Source: Mycobacteriaceae bacterium
Lineage (GTDB): Bacteria > Actinomycetota > Actinomycetes > Mycobacteriales > Mycobacteriaceae
NCBI GenBank assembly: GCA_037138275.1
Contig: JBAXIR010000001.1
Coordinates: 9,916 to 73,915 of the forward strand
DNA length: 64,000 nt
Direction of reading: 5' to 3'
Shown: piece by piece, positions 31,480-42,381 of the stretch
Layout: each line of letters starts with the position of its first letter
Position numbering within the stretch: position 1 is the stretch's first letter
Notes under the pieces: generated by a model
What the model was told of the DNA's origin: nothing
Databases searched by the model: none
What the model saw: only the letters and a program-made list of their open reading frames with translations
Made by a program: the position numbers and the translations under genes

Positions 31480-32193
31480 GTGGCCCGACGCCCCCGCTCC
31501 GCGGACGATATCCCCGAGTCCGGCCCGCAACGTCTGCTCGCCCTGGTGCGATCCTCGGTACCACCCGTGCACCCGGCCGGACTGCCCTTCATCTCGGCGG
31601 GGCTGGCCGCGGCGGCGCTGGGCCGCAATCACCGCTGGGCCCGCAGAGTGGGCCTGACGGCCGCCGGTGCCAATGCCGTGTTCTTCCGGCACCCGTCCCG
31701 TGTTCCGCCGAGCGGGACCGGTGTCGTCGTCGCACCCGCCGACGGGGTGGTGTGTCTGCTGGAGACGGCCGCACCACCGGCCGAACTCGGCCTGGGATCG
31801 ACTCCGGTCACCCGGATCAGTATTTTCCTGTCCCTGCTGGATGCCCATGTGCAGCGCATTCCGGTCGGAGGCGAGGTGATCGCGGTGGCGCACCGCCCCG
31901 GCCGCTTCCATTCCGCCGACCTACCGGCCGCGAGTGGGGAAAATGAGCGCAACAGCGTCGCGATCCGCACGCCGGAAGGACACAGCGTGGTGGTGGTACA
32001 GATCGCCGGCCTGATCGCTCGGCGCATCATCTGCGATCTGCATGTCGGTGATCAGGTGGACATCGGCGAGACCTACGGGCTGATCCGGTTCGGCTCCCGG
32101 CTGGACACCTACCTGCCTGCGGGCGCGGAAGTACTCATCGAGTCGGGGCAGCGAACGCTCGCCGGCGAAACGGTGATGGCTCGGCTGCCGTGA
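31480..32193 (+). CDS. psd: Phosphatidylserine decarboxylase
   Basis: FFRHP, APADG and RFGSRLD autocleavage motif. Confidence 0.95.
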   Translation: MARRPRSADDIPESGPQRLLALVRSSVPPVHPAGLPFISAGLAAAALGRNHRWARRVGLTAAGANAVFFRHPSRVPPSGTGVVVAPADGVVCLLETAAPPAELGLGSTPVTRISIFLSLLDAHVQRIPVGGEVIAVAHRPGRFHSADLPAASGENERNSVAIRTPEGHSVVVVQIAGLIARRIICDLHVGDQVDIGETYGLIRFGSRLDTYLPAGAEVLIESGQRTLAGETVMARLP

Positions 32194-33044
32194 TTGCAAA
32201 CGGTACTCAACCCAATCGAGGACTACGCATCCTGCCCAGCGCCACGACGGTGCTGGCGATCTGCGCCGGACTGACGTCAATCAAGTTCGCACTGGACGGT
32301 CGGCCGCACATCGCACTGGCACTGATCGGCGCCGCCGCGGTACTGGATGGCATCGACGGCGGTATCGCACGCGCACTGCACGCCCAGTCCCCGATGGGCG
32401 CAGAGATCGACTCGCTGGCCGATGCGGTCAACTTCGGTGTCGCGCCGGCGCTCGTCATGTACATCACGCTGCTGTCGTCGTCGCCGATCGGCTGGATCTT
32501 CGTCCTGCTCTACGCGGTGTGCATCGTGCTGCGCCTGGCCCGGTTCAACACCCTGCTCGACGACGACACCCGACCGGCCTACACCCGGCAGTACTTCGTG
32601 GGCATGCCGGCACCGTGCGGCGCAGTCGGTGTGATCGGCCCGCTTGCGGCGATGTTGCAGTTCGGCCACGGGTGGTGGACCTCGACGTGGTTCCTCTGCC
32701 TCTGGCTGGCGGCGAACGCCGCCCTTCTGGTGAGCCGGGTGCCGACCCTGGCCTTGAAGTCGGTGTCGGTTCCTGCGAATGCAGCGCCGATGTTGCTGAT
32801 CGGAGTCGCGGGGGCCGCCGCCGGCCTGCTGCTGTTCCCCTACGTCCTGGTGCTGCTGATCATCGTGGGTTATCTGCTGATCATCCCGTTCACGATTCGC
32901 AGTCAACGCTGGGCCGCGGCACACCCGGAGGCATGGGAGGACAAGCCCCGGCAGCGGCGCGCGGCGCGACGCGCGGCCCGTAACGCAGAGAACCCCAATC
33001 GCCGATCGACGGCCCGACTGGGCCTACGCAAACCAGGAGGCTGA
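32190..33044 (+). CDS. pssA: CDP-diacylglycerol--serine O-phosphatidyltransferase
   Basis: DGIDGGIAR...[17 protein letters not shown]-alcohol motif. Confidence 0.95.
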   Translation: MIANGTQPNRGLRILPSATTVLAICAGLTSIKFALDGRPHIALALIGAAAVLDGIDGGIARALHAQSPMGAEIDSLADAVNFGVAPALVMYITLLSSSPIGWIFVLLYAVCIVLRLARFNTLLDDDTRPAYTRQYFVGMPAPCGAVGVIGPLAAMLQFGHGWWTSTWFLCLWLAANAALLVSRVPTLALKSVSVPANAAPMLLIGVAGAAAGLLLFPYVLVLLIIVGYLLIIPFTIRSQRWAAAHPEAWEDKPRQRRAARRAARNAENPNRRSTARLGLRKPGG

Positions 33045-33048
33045 GACC

Positions 33049-35256
33049 GTGTCCGACGCGTCCGAACTGATGCCCGCCAAGCCCGGGTCCACCTCGAGCC
33101 TCACGCTCACCGCGCGGCTTAACACCTCGGCTCTGGACTCCCGCCGCGGTGTTGTTCGTCTTCATCCGGAAGTCATTGCCGCACTGGGTATTCGGGAGTG
33201 GGACGCGGTTTCCCTGATCGGCTCGCGGACCACCGCGGCGGTGGCAGGTGTGGCACCGGCCGGCACCCCCACCGGAACCGCACTGGTGGATGACGTCACG
33301 CTGTCCAACGCCGGCCTGCGCGAGGACTCGGCCGTGATCGTCACCCCGGTGACGGTGTACGGCGCCCGGTCGGTCACCCTGAGCGGTTCGGCACTGGCCA
33401 CCCGATCGGTGTCATCGGCGACGTTGCGCCAGGCGCTGCTGGGCAAGGTCCTCACAGTCGGGGACACCGTGTCGCTGCTGCCCCGCGACCTCGGACCGGG
33501 CACGTCCACGTCGGAGGCAAGTTCGGCGTTGACGTCCGCGGTGGGAATCACCTGGACATCGGAGTTACTGACCGTCACCGGTACCGACCCGGCCGGACCT
33601 GTTTCGGTACAACCGAATTCGTCGGTCAGCTGGGGTGACGGTGGCACCGTCGGCACCGGTACGACGGCCGCCATCAGCCCGCCCACTCAGTGGCCGGCGG
33701 AACCCGAGGTCAGCATCGACGACCTCAAGGGCCAGCACGCACAGGCAGGCCGGCTCACCGAATGGCTCAAGCTCGCCCTCGACGAACCGGCGCTGCTGGA
33801 AAAGCTCGGCGCCAAACCGAATCTCGGCGTGCTGATCACCGGACCGGCCGGAGTCGGGAAGGCGAGGTTGGTGCGCGCCGTGTGCGCGGGCCGGCGTTTG
33901 ATCGACCTTGACGGCCCGGACACCGGCGCACTGGCGGCTACCGAACGCCACCAGGCGGTTGCCCGTGCAGTGGCCGACGTGACCAGTGGCGGCGGGGTTC
34001 TGCTCGTCACCGATATCGACGCACTACTGCCCGAACCGGCCGAGCCGGTGGCCACCATGATCCTCAGTGAGCTGCGCAAGGCCGTCGCCGCGCCGGGTGT
34101 CGCGCTGGTCGCCACATCCCAGGCACCAGATTCCGTGGATCCCCGGCTGCGGTCGCCTGAGCTGTGCGACCGCGAACTGGGCCTGAGCCTGCCCGATGGC
34201 GCCACCCGCAAGGCACTGTTGGAGGTGTTACTGCGTGACGTCCCGGCAGGCGAACTGACGTTGGATGAGATCGCCGACCGCACACCCGGATTCGTTCGGG
34301 CCGATCTTGCCGCTTTGGTTCGGGAGGCAGCCTTGCGTGCCGCCGCCCGGGCCAGCGACGACGGTAAACCCCCGGCGCTGACCCAGGACGACCTCACCGG
34401 CGCGCTAAGCGTGATCAGGCCGCTGTCGCGGTCCAATACCGAAGAGATTGCCGTCGGCTCGGTGACACTCGATGACGTCGGCGATATGGTCCACACCAAA
34501 CAGGCGCTCACCGAAGCCGTACTGTGGCCGCTCCAGCACCCCGATACCTTCGCCCGGCTCGGTGTCGACCCGCCCCGGGGTGTACTGCTCTATGGCCCAC
34601 CCGGCTGCGGCAAGACATTCGTGGTGCGCGCGCTCGCCAGTTCTGGCCGACTGAGTGTGCACGCCGTCAAAGGCGCGGAACTGATGGACAAATGGGTGGG
34701 CTCCTCGGAGAAGGCGGTTCGCGAATTGTTCCGCCGGGCAAGGGATTCGGCGCCATCGCTGATATTCCTCGACGAGGTGGACGCTCTCGCGCCGCGGCGC
34801 GGACAGAGCTTCGACTCCGGCGTCACCGACCGGGTGGTGGCCGCGCTGCTGACCGAATTGGACGGCGTGGAACCGCTGCGCGATGTGGTGGTGCTCGGCG
34901 CCACCAACCGACCGGATCTGATCGACCCGGCCCTGCTGCGCCCGGGCCGGATGGAACGATTGGTGTTCGTCGAACCCCCGGACGCTGACGCCCGTCGCGA
35001 CATCCTCAAGTCGGCCGCCAAATCAGTGCCGCTGAGCAAGGAAGTGGACCTCGGCGCACTGGCCGCCGACCTGGACGGCTACAGCGCGGCGGACTGTGTG
35101 GCACTGCTTCGAGAGGCCGCGCTGACCGCGATGCGCCGCTCTATCGACGCCGCGGACGTTACCGCCGCCGACGTCGCCACCGCGCGCGAAAACGTCCGGC
35201 CGTCACTGGATCCGGTCCAGGTCGAATCGTTGCGGGCATTCGCCTCCGAACACTGA
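33049..35256 (+). CDS. CDC48-like AAA+ ATPase (Rv0435c-like)
   Basis: Two AAA modules: degenerate GPAGVGKA, then GPPGCGKT / IFLDEVD / RPGRMER. Confidence 0.93.
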   Translation: MSDASELMPAKPGSTSSLTLTARLNTSALDSRRGVVRLHPEVIAALGIREWDAVSLIGSRTTAAVAGVAPAGTPTGTALVDDVTLSNAGLREDSAVIVTPVTVYGARSVTLSGSALATRSVSSATLRQALLGKVLTVGDTVSLLPRDLGPGTSTSEASSALTSAVGITWTSELLTVTGTDPAGPVSVQPNSSVSWGDGGTVGTGTTAAISPPTQWPAEPEVSIDDLKGQHAQAGRLTEWLKLALDEPALLEKLGAKPNLGVLITGPAGVGKARLVRAVCAGRRLIDLDGPDTGALAATERHQAVARAVADVTSGGGVLLVTDIDALLPEPAEPVATMILSELRKAVAAPGVALVATSQAPDSVDPRLRSPELCDRELGLSLPDGATRKALLEVLLRDVPAGELTLDEIADRTPGFVRADLAALVREAALRAAARASDDGKPPALTQDDLTGALSVIRPLSRSNTEEIAVGSVTLDDVGDMVHTKQALTEAVLWPLQHPDTFARLGVDPPRGVLLYGPPGCGKTFVVRALASSGRLSVHAVKGAELMDKWVGSSEKAVRELFRRARDSAPSLIFLDEVDALAPRRGQSFDSGVTDRVVAALLTELDGVEPLRDVVVLGATNRPDLIDPALLRPGRMERLVFVEPPDADARRDILKSAAKSVPLSKEVDLGALAADLDGYSAADCVALLREAALTAMRRSIDAADVTAADVATARENVRPSLDPVQVESLRAFASEH

Positions 35257-35268
35257 CGGCCCATTTTC

Positions 35269-35898
35269 TCACTCGCCGGACAGCTGGAATTCGACCATCG
35301 CGGTAACGGTTTCGATCGCATCGGTCAGCACATCGACGCGTTCGGCCAGAGTGGGTGCGGCCAGTACCGCGTACCGGTCCGCCTGACCCATCGGGACGCT
35401 GGATGCCAACGCGTAGACGTGGCGCGACGGATCGTCGGCGGTCGCCGCATCGACGGCCAACGCATCCGGTCGCAGCCGGCCACCCCTGGCCTCAATGACC
35501 TTTCCGAACAAGCCGAGGATGCCGTCCACCACCTCCCCGATCCGCTCCGGGCCGACCGGTGGTCCGGGCTCGTCGGGCCACTCCTCTACGACGGCGCGTG
35601 GGTACGGATCGTCGGGCAGCCATTCCGTCACCCGGAACCGCTCTCTGATCGAGGCCAGTAGTTGATACTGGCCCTCGCCGAGATCGACGCACTCGACGAT
35701 ATGCGCCAGAGTGCCTACCGCACTGCGGGTTTCGCCGCCGCCGACCTCACGGCCCTGGCTGATCAACACGACACCGAATGCCGGGTCATCGGCCGCCAGA
35801 CAGTCCTGCACCAGCCTTGAGTAGCGCGGTTCGAAAATCATCAGCGGTAATGTCTCACCGGGCAGCAACGCCGACTGCAGCGGAAACATGGCAGTCAC
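35269..35898 (-). CDS. LON peptidase substrate-binding domain protein (Rv0434-like)
   Basis: LLPGETLPLMIFEPRY; FGVVLISQGREVGG. Confidence 0.9.
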   Translation of the reverse strand: MTAMFPLQSALLPGETLPLMIFEPRYSRLVQDCLAADDPAFGVVLISQGREVGGGETRSAVGTLAHIVECVDLGEGQYQLLASIRERFRVTEWLPDDPYPRAVVEEWPDEPGPPVGPERIGEVVDGILGLFGKVIEARGGRLRPDALAVDAATADDPSRHVYALASSVPMGQADRYAVLAAPTLAERVDVLTDAIETVTAMVEFQLSGE

Positions 35899-35902
35899 GG
35901 CG

Positions 35903-36214
35903 CTACCTGATGCCGCCGGTCACGACATCTTTTACCGGCGCACTCGGGGAGGCGAAAGTGCACAGCGCAGCGGCCACCCCGGTCCACAGGTCCGGGTTGG
36001 TGGCAACCAGTTTGTTGCCGGCCGCACCGATTGCGTTGATCACATCACGGCGGGCCGCGGGAGTCAGGTCCGCGTAGTCCCGGCACGTGGTGGCCAGCAG
36101 TGGCGGACCGGGAGCGGCCACCGGGGTGCCGGAGATATCCCTGCTGCAACTCACGACGCCCAGTGCTACCGGAACCGCCAGCAGCGTCACCGTCGCGCGT
36201 CGGTACCACCTCAT
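35903..36214 (-). CDS. Small putative lipoprotein of unknown function
   Basis: Signal peptide with lipobox VVSC; ATG overlaps the upstream TGA (36211-36214). Confidence 0.7.
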   Translation of the reverse strand: MRWYRRATVTLLAVPVALGVVSCSRDISGTPVAAPGPPLLATTCRDYADLTPAARRDVINAIGAAGNKLVATNPDLWTGVAAALCTFASPSAPVKDVVTGGIR

Positions 36215-37362
36215 TGGCATCTGCCCCGATCCCTAGTGCTGGTATCCAATTCGCCGGCCAGCGCGTCAACCACGGCGCGGAGGTCTCCATCATGGACCTC
36301 GGCGACCCGGCGTTGCCGTTGATAGGACCCGCCGTCGCGCGGGATATCGGCGACCGCGGCCAACTCGTCGGCGCAATGCAGCGATGTCGCCACCGGCGCG
36401 AGGCGGGTCAGCAGATCGTCGAGATCCTCGGTCACCAGCCGCTCGTTGCTGTCAGCGTCAAGGATGATGATCGCATCGAGTCCGTAGCGGGCAGCCCGCC
36501 ATTTGTTCTCCTGCACGTGCCACGGCGGCATCACCGGCAGTTGTTCGCCGGCGTCGAGGCGTCGGTCCAGATCCACGATCAGGCAATGGGTCAGCGCCAC
36601 CAGCGATGCGAGTTCCCGAAGGTTGGAGATACCGTCGAAGACTCTGACCTCGATTGTTCCCAGCTGTGGCGATGGCCTTATGTCCCAACGGATTTCGTTG
36701 ACGTGATCGATGATTCCGGTCTTCTTCTGGTCATGCACGAAGCTCTCAAACTCGCGCCACGACCGAAATTGAAACGGCAGTCCGGCCGTCGGCAACTGCT
36801 GGAACATCATCGCCCGGTTACTGGCATAGCCGGTGTCCTCACCGGACCAGAACGGTGAGGAGGCCGACAGAGCGAGCAGGTGCGGGTACTGATTGAGCAG
36901 CGATGAGATGATCGGCATGACCTTGTGCGCAGAGGAGACGCCGACATGCACATGCACTCCCCAGATCAACATCTGGCGGCCCCACCACTGCGTTCTGTGG
37001 ATCAACTCGGCGTACCGCGCACCTTCGCTCAGTTTCTGCTCGGACCACTGAGCGAACGGGTGGGTGCCGGCACAGAACAGTTCCATTCCGCGGCCTTCGA
37101 CAACCGCACGTGTCGGGATCAGGGTTGAGCGTAGGTCGTCCATCGCCTCGGCGACGGTGTCGCAGACTCCCGTGACGACCTCGATGGTGTTGCGCAGCAA
37201 TTCTTTATGCACACACGGATTCTCACCCACGTCGGCGATTACCTCGGCGGCCTTGTTGCTGAGGTCACGACTGGCGACGTCGACGAGGGCGAACTCCCAT
37301 TCGACACCGAGTGTTGGTCGCGGCGAACCCGCGAAGTCGATCCTAACCGGCGCTGATGACAC
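36211..37362 (-). CDS. Glutamate--cysteine ligase family (YbdK-type carboxylate-amine ligase, Rv0433-like)
   Basis: [28 protein letters not shown]. Confidence 0.93.
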   Translation of the reverse strand: MSSAPVRIDFAGSPRPTLGVEWEFALVDVASRDLSNKAAEVIADVGENPCVHKELLRNTIEVVTGVCDTVAEAMDDLRSTLIPTRAVVEGRGMELFCAGTHPFAQWSEQKLSEGARYAELIHRTQWWGRQMLIWGVHVHVGVSSAHKVMPIISSLLNQYPHLLALSASSPFWSGEDTGYASNRAMMFQQLPTAGLPFQFRSWREFESFVHDQKKTGIIDHVNEIRWDIRPSPQLGTIEVRVFDGISNLRELASLVALTHCLIVDLDRRLDAGEQLPVMPPWHVQENKWRAARYGLDAIIILDADSNERLVTEDLDDLLTRLAPVATSLHCADELAAVADIPRDGGSYQRQRRVAEVHDGDLRAVVDALAGELDTSTRDRGRCQ

Positions 37363-38113
37363 CGCAGGCGACCCGCTTACCGCCGTCGCCGGTAGCCAGC
37401 GTCGCCTCATCCGGTCCGGGTGCACCGCCGGCGATCTGTTGGTACCGATCAGCCGGGATGTTGGCGAAGTTATCGGAGTTCGCGTGAATGATGATTGCCG
37501 TTCCGGCACCGTCCAGCAGATCAGCCATATCGAAGGCATTGGTGGTGGTGACAAGAATCGCGCTGCCGTCGCCGCGAACCTGCAGGGAACTCAAATCACC
37601 GGCGTGGTTGGGGTGGGCATCCACGCCACCGCCCTGAAAGTGCCCTCCCGCGGACAGGAAATCACCGGGTGCGCCGCCGGTGGGTGCCACCGAATTGGCC
37701 TCGCACTTGCCGACGGTATGGATGTGCAGACCGTGCGCGCCCGGGGCAAGCAGGCCCGGTGCCGTGGTCTGGATGGTGACGGTGGCGAACGCGTCCCGAT
37801 CCCTGAACTCAATAGTGGCCGCGGCGACCTGGGTGCCGTCGGCGGCATTGATTTGCGCGGTCAGGGTGTTGGTAGGACTGGCGGCCGCGGGCATGCCGCC
37901 ATGGCCCATGGCGCCCATATCGCCGTGGCCCATCTCCATCCCGCCGTGGCCCATCTCCGCACCGGCCGGGGCGGGTGCTCCCGTCCAGATCGGCGGCGTG
38001 GTGCCGGGCTGCGTCGCGGTGGGCTCATAGGGCGAACAGCCGCTTAAAAAAGCGACGGGAACAACGAACAACACGGCGACGGCGGGCTTCAGCGAACCGA
38101 GGAGCGTGGGCAT
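37343..38113 (-). CDS. sodC: Cu(,Zn) superoxide dismutase lipoprotein
   Basis: Lipobox LSGC, HGLHIH, AGGH, IIIHA, RVACGVI. Confidence 0.96.
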   Translation of the reverse strand: MPTLLGSLKPAVAVLFVVPVAFLSGCSPYEPTATQPGTTPPIWTGAPAPAGAEMGHGGMEMGHGDMGAMGHGGMPAAASPTNTLTAQINAADGTQVAAATIEFRDRDAFATVTIQTTAPGLLAPGAHGLHIHTVGKCEANSVAPTGGAPGDFLSAGGHFQGGGVDAHPNHAGDLSSLQVRGDGSAILVTTTNAFDMADLLDGAGTAIIIHANSDNFANIPADRYQQIAGGAPGPDEATLATGDGGKRVACGVISAG

Positions 38114-38123
38114 GGCAGAAAGC

Positions 38124-38570
38124 CTAACCCGTCACCAACACGATCACGCCGGGTGGATCCTCGGAAATTTCGGGTATCCGCGGTTGTACCGCCGCCTCGA
38201 GAATCTTGCCAACGGATTCGGCTGCCGCCTGCTCACCTTCGGCGGTTCCGAAAAAGACCGTCGTGGCAGGCAACTCCGCCACCGTGGAGGTCGCCGTGGC
38301 GGTGACGTTCCAGCCCGCCTCCTTGAGTCGGTCGGAGACCCGGACGGCCGCCGCCTCATCGTCGGTGATGCTGTAGACACGGACGTCCGACTTGGGCACC
38401 GCGGGTGTGGTGCTACTGGTGGCCACCGATCGCGGCGGGTCGGCGGCGCCGTCACCATCGGAGGTCATCGCCTGGAACCCGACCAGCATGAAGATCAGAC
38501 CGAGGAACAGCAGCACCATCACCATGGCACGCAGGGGAAGCCCCGCGGAGTCGGGGACGCGCTCGTTCAC
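38124..38570 (-). CDS. LytR C-terminal domain protein (Rv0431/VirR-like)
   Basis: [25 protein letters not shown] segment and LytR_C-type domain. Confidence 0.88.
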   Translation of the reverse strand: MNERVPDSAGLPLRAMVMVLLFLGLIFMLVGFQAMTSDGDGAADPPRSVATSSTTPAVPKSDVRVYSITDDEAAAVRVSDRLKEAGWNVTATATSTVAELPATTVFFGTAEGEQAAAESVGKILEAAVQPRIPEISEDPPGVIVLVTG

Positions 38571-38595
38571 CGGGCTCACTGTAACCGGGGCCCGG

Positions 38596-38904
38596 TCAGG
38601 GGAACTCGAAGCCCAGTCGGCGCGCAGCCCTGGCTTTCTGCCGGCTGGCCCGCAGCCGCCTAAGCCGCTTGACGAGCATCGGGTCGGCGGCCAGCGCCTC
38701 GGGCCGATCAACCAGTGTGTTGAGCACCTGGTAGTAGCGAGTGGCCGACATCGAGAAAAGATCCTTGATGGCATCTTCTTTCGCTCCGGCGTACTTCCAC
38801 CACTGCCGCTCGAAGGCCAAGATGTCGTACTCCCGGCGGGTCAGCCCCTCGGGCAGTTCGGCGTCGCCGTCAGACCGCTCAGCCCGTGCCATGGCGCCGT
38901 CCAT
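38596..38904 (-). CDS. DUF3263 family protein (Rv0430-like)
   Basis: LTRREYDILAFERQWWKYAGAKE...RYYQVLN. Confidence 0.93.
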   Translation of the reverse strand: MDGAMARAERSDGDAELPEGLTRREYDILAFERQWWKYAGAKEDAIKDLFSMSATRYYQVLNTLVDRPEALAADPMLVKRLRRLRASRQKARAARRLGFEFP

Positions 38905-39032
38905 GAGATCGACCGGCCCTTCCCGAAGATTTGATACTGACATCGCTGTAGTTCGGTCGTCATTCAATCACGCCTGAGTTGACCTGCCCGGCATCGAACC
39001 CCGCGCGTCGGCTCACTTTAAGCTAACCGATC

Positions 39033-39626
39033 ATGGCAGTCCGTCGCGTTGTGATCCTCGGCGATCCCGTCCTGCACGTCCCGACCGCGCCGGTGCCGGT
39101 CGGGCCCGACGGTTCGCTTCCGGCAGATCTGAGCGATCTGATCACCGACATGTACGACACCATGGCCGCCGCCAACGGAGTCGGTCTGGCCGCCAACCAG
39201 ATCGGCGTCGGATTGCGGCTTTTCGTCTACGACTGTGCCGAGGAACGTGGTAACGCGAACTACCGCCGCGGCGCGGTGATCAACCCGGTGCTGGAGACCT
39301 CGGAGATCCCCGAGACGATGCCCGATCCGGAAACCGATGACGAAGGTTGCCTATCGGTACCGGGTGAGTCATTCCCGTGCGGGCGCGCGACGTGGGCCCG
39401 GGTCACCGGACTCGACGCCGACGGCAACCCGGTCAGCCTGGAGGGCACCGGCCTGTTCGCCCGGATGTTGCAGCACGAGACCGGACATCTCGACGGACTC
39501 CTCTACGTCGACACGCTGATCGGCCGGCACGCCCGCTCAGCCAAGCGGGCGGTCAAGTCCAACGGATGGGGTGTCCCGGGGCTGTCCTGGTTGCCCGGTT
39601 CCGAACCCGATCCCTTCGGGCACTGA
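39033..39626 (+). CDS. def: Peptide deformylase
   Basis: [24 protein letters not shown]. Confidence 0.98.
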   Translation: MAVRRVVILGDPVLHVPTAPVPVGPDGSLPADLSDLITDMYDTMAAANGVGLAANQIGVGLRLFVYDCAEERGNANYRRGAVINPVLETSEIPETMPDPETDDEGCLSVPGESFPCGRATWARVTGLDADGNPVSLEGTGLFARMLQHETGHLDGLLYVDTLIGRHARSAKRAVKSNGWGVPGLSWLPGSEPDPFGH

Positions 39627-40522
39627 TGCCGAACTGGCCGTCGCGGGGCAGTCGGGTCAGCGTCCGGTACCGCGACACCGCCGGTGGCCAGACCGACGTC
39701 ATCGGCTACCTCTCGGCAGTGCGACCGTTGATCGACGTTCGCACGAAATCGGCGGGGACGGTGTCGATCTCACCGGGTGATGTACTGGCCGTGCGCGAAC
39801 TGAGCCACATCCCGGTTCGTACGTCGGAGATCCGCTCGCTCGAGCACGCCGCGGCGCTGGCCTGGCCGGGGATTGAACAGCACTGGCATCGGGGCTGGCT
39901 GTTACGAGCCGGTGGCGGCCACACCAGTCGAGCGAATTCCGCTGTACCACTCGACTTCTCGTCATCGATAGCCGATCTTGAGGGCGTCGTCTCCTGGTAC
40001 GACGAGCGTGGCCTGAACCCGTGGCTTGCGCTGCCGGATCGACTGCTGGCGGTGCGAACCGACGGCGTCAAGCGGTCCAGGGTGATGGTGCGCGATCTGG
40101 ACGGGGTCGGCCCCGAGGTGGCCGCCAGCCTGCACGACCGGCCGGATGCGGCCTGGCTGGCCTGCCATCCGCGTGCCGTTCCGGTGCAGGTGCTGACGGC
40201 GGTCGTCGACGGGGAGGTGGTGTTCGCCTCGGTCGCCGGTGTGGCCGTGGGCCGTGGCGCGATCACCGTGGCCCCCGACGGCACGGTCTGGCTGGGCATC
40301 TCGGCGGTCCACGTCGCCGATGCGCACCGGCGTGCCGGCCATGGCCGCGCGGTGTGCGGGGCATTGCAGGAGTGGGGACTCCGTCGCGGTGCGCAGCGCG
40401 TCTACGTTCAGGTTCTCGATGACAACACGGCGGGCATCGAGCTGTACGCCTCGCTCGGTTATGGGTTGCACCACCACCTTCGCTATGTGGACGCGCGCCG
40501 GTTGTTGCGCACTAGCCTGTAG
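39626..40522 (+). CDS. GNAT family N-acetyltransferase (Rv0428c-like)
   Basis: HTSRANSA, HRRAGHG acetyl-CoA motif, LYASLGY; TGATG coupling to def. Confidence 0.88.
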   Translation: MPNWPSRGSRVSVRYRDTAGGQTDVIGYLSAVRPLIDVRTKSAGTVSISPGDVLAVRELSHIPVRTSEIRSLEHAAALAWPGIEQHWHRGWLLRAGGGHTSRANSAVPLDFSSSIADLEGVVSWYDERGLNPWLALPDRLLAVRTDGVKRSRVMVRDLDGVGPEVAASLHDRPDAAWLACHPRAVPVQVLTAVVDGEVVFASVAGVAVGRGAITVAPDGTVWLGISAVHVADAHRRAGHGRAVCGALQEWGLRRGAQRVYVQVLDDNTAGIELYASLGYGLHHHLRYVDARRLLRTSL

Positions 40523-40524
40523 CC

Positions 40525-41358
40525 ATGGTCGGCCGGAGCCTGCGGGTAGCCACGTGGAATGTGAACTCGATTCGGACCCGGGTGGACCGGGTGGTCGACT
40601 GGATGGTGCGTGCCGAGGTGGACGTTCTGGCGATGCAGGAAACCAAATGCGCCGACGACAAGTTCCCGACGATGCCGTTCGTGGCAGCCGGATACGAAGT
40701 GGCGCACTGCGGCCACGACCAGTGGAACGGGGTGGCAATCGCCTCCAGGGTCGGACTCGACAACGTGACGACTGCATTCGACGGCCAGCCGGCCTGGGGT
40801 AAGGACGGCGCGGTGGCCAGGGCCGAGGCGCGCGCGCTGGGAGCGACCTGCGCGGGTGTGCGGGTGTGGAGCCTGTACGTCCCCAACGGCAGGAGTGTCG
40901 ACGATCCGCACTACCGCTATAAGTTGGATTGGCTTGCTGCACTGCGAGATTGCGCCGAGTCATGGATAGCGCGCGAACCGGAGGCACAGATCGCGCTGGT
41001 GGGAGATTGGAATATCGCGCCCACCGATGAGGACGTCTGGAATATGGATGTCTTTCGGGGCAGCACGCATGTCACCGAGCCGGAACGGGCCGTGTTCGCC
41101 GCGATCGAGGCCACCTTCGCCGACGTGGTCCGGCCGTTCACTCCCGGCCCCGGGGTCTACACCTACTGGGACTACACCCAATTGAGGTTCCCCAAACGCG
41201 AGGGCATGCGGATCGACTTCATCCTGGCGTCACCGGCGTTGGCACACCGGGTGACCAACGCCGAAATCGTCCGCGACGAACGCAAGACCGGCAAGGACCG
41301 GATCGGGTCGCCCAGCGACCATGCGCCGGTCTTTGTCGACCTAAACCCGTCGAGTTAA
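40525..41358 (+). CDS. xthA: Exodeoxyribonuclease III
   Basis: TWNVNS, QETK, GDWNIAP, RIDFIL, SDHAPV. Confidence 0.96.
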   Translation: MVGRSLRVATWNVNSIRTRVDRVVDWMVRAEVDVLAMQETKCADDKFPTMPFVAAGYEVAHCGHDQWNGVAIASRVGLDNVTTAFDGQPAWGKDGAVARAEARALGATCAGVRVWSLYVPNGRSVDDPHYRYKLDWLAALRDCAESWIAREPEAQIALVGDWNIAPTDEDVWNMDVFRGSTHVTEPERAVFAAIEATFADVVRPFTPGPGVYTYWDYTQLRFPKREGMRIDFILASPALAHRVTNAEIVRDERKTGKDRIGSPSDHAPVFVDLNPSS

Positions 41359-42353
41359 ACCCTGACTAACATTTTGCCGATATTGGCTCCGGTGAAGAGG
41401 CCGTTGAGCGCCTCGACACAGGAGTCCAAGCCCTCGAAGATCGTCTCCCGATGCCGCAGAGAGCCGTCGTTCTCCCAGCGGCGCAGTTGCCCGTAGGCCT
41501 CGTCGAAACGACCCCACTCCTGCAGTGCGTTGAACCCCTGCATGGAAGCGGTCTTGGCGAGCAGGTTGACGTAGTTGGCCGGCCCGGGGTGCTCACCGGT
41601 CAGATAACTGGAAATCACCCCGCACAGCACCACCCTGGCCCCGGGTGCCAATCGGCCGAGCACGGCGTTGAGAATGGGACCGCCGACGTTGTCGAAATAG
41701 ACACTGACACCCTTGGGGCAATGCTGTTTGAGCGCGGCCGGCATATCGTCGCTCTTGTAGTCGATGCACGCGTCAAACCCGAAGTCCTCCACAACAACTC
41801 GGCACTTCTGCGGCCCGCCGGCGATGCCGATCACCCGGGCCCCGGCGATCTTGGCGATCTGCCCGGCGATCGATCCGGTGGCACCGGCGGCCGCGGAGAC
41901 CACCACCGTCTCGCCGGGTTGTGGCCGACCGATATCGGTCATGCCGAAATAGGCGGTGGTGCCACTTGATCCGTACACCGACATGATCGCGACCTGATCG
42001 GTCTCACCGGGAATGACGGTGCTGAACACGTCATCGCGAATGATCGAATACTCCTGGAATCCGGTGAGTGTGGTGACGATATCGCCGACCTGGTATGCAG
42101 GACAGCGTGATTCGACCACCTCGCCGATTCCGGCCGACCGGATCACCTCGCCCAGTGCGACCGGTGGCAGATAGCCCGGCTGATCGTTGAGCCAGGTTCG
42201 CGCTGCGGCGTCGAGGCCGATGTAGGTGGTGCGCAGTAGTGCTTCGCCGTCAGCGGGCACCGGGGCGGCCGTGGTGACAGCCTCGGCATCCTCCGGACCA
42301 AGCAGACCACTCGGGCGGCGGCGCAGCAGGATCTGACGGTTGGTCAAGGGCAC
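41355..42353 (-). CDS. NADP-dependent oxidoreductase (prostaglandin reductase/CurA-like MDR)
   Basis: VSAAAGATG, YFDNVGG, GANIGK. Confidence 0.92.
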   Translation of the reverse strand: MPLTNRQILLRRRPSGLLGPEDAEAVTTAAPVPADGEALLRTTYIGLDAAARTWLNDQPGYLPPVALGEVIRSAGIGEVVESRCPAYQVGDIVTTLTGFQEYSIIRDDVFSTVIPGETDQVAIMSVYGSSGTTAYFGMTDIGRPQPGETVVVSAAAGATGSIAGQIAKIAGARVIGIAGGPQKCRVVVEDFGFDACIDYKSDDMPAALKQHCPKGVSVYFDNVGGPILNAVLGRLAPGARVVLCGVISSYLTGEHPGPANYVNLLAKTASMQGFNALQEWGRFDEAYGQLRRWENDGSLRHRETIFEGLDSCVEALNGLFTGANIGKMLVRV

Positions 42354-42381
42354 ACCAGGAAGTTACCCGAGAGTCTGGGCA

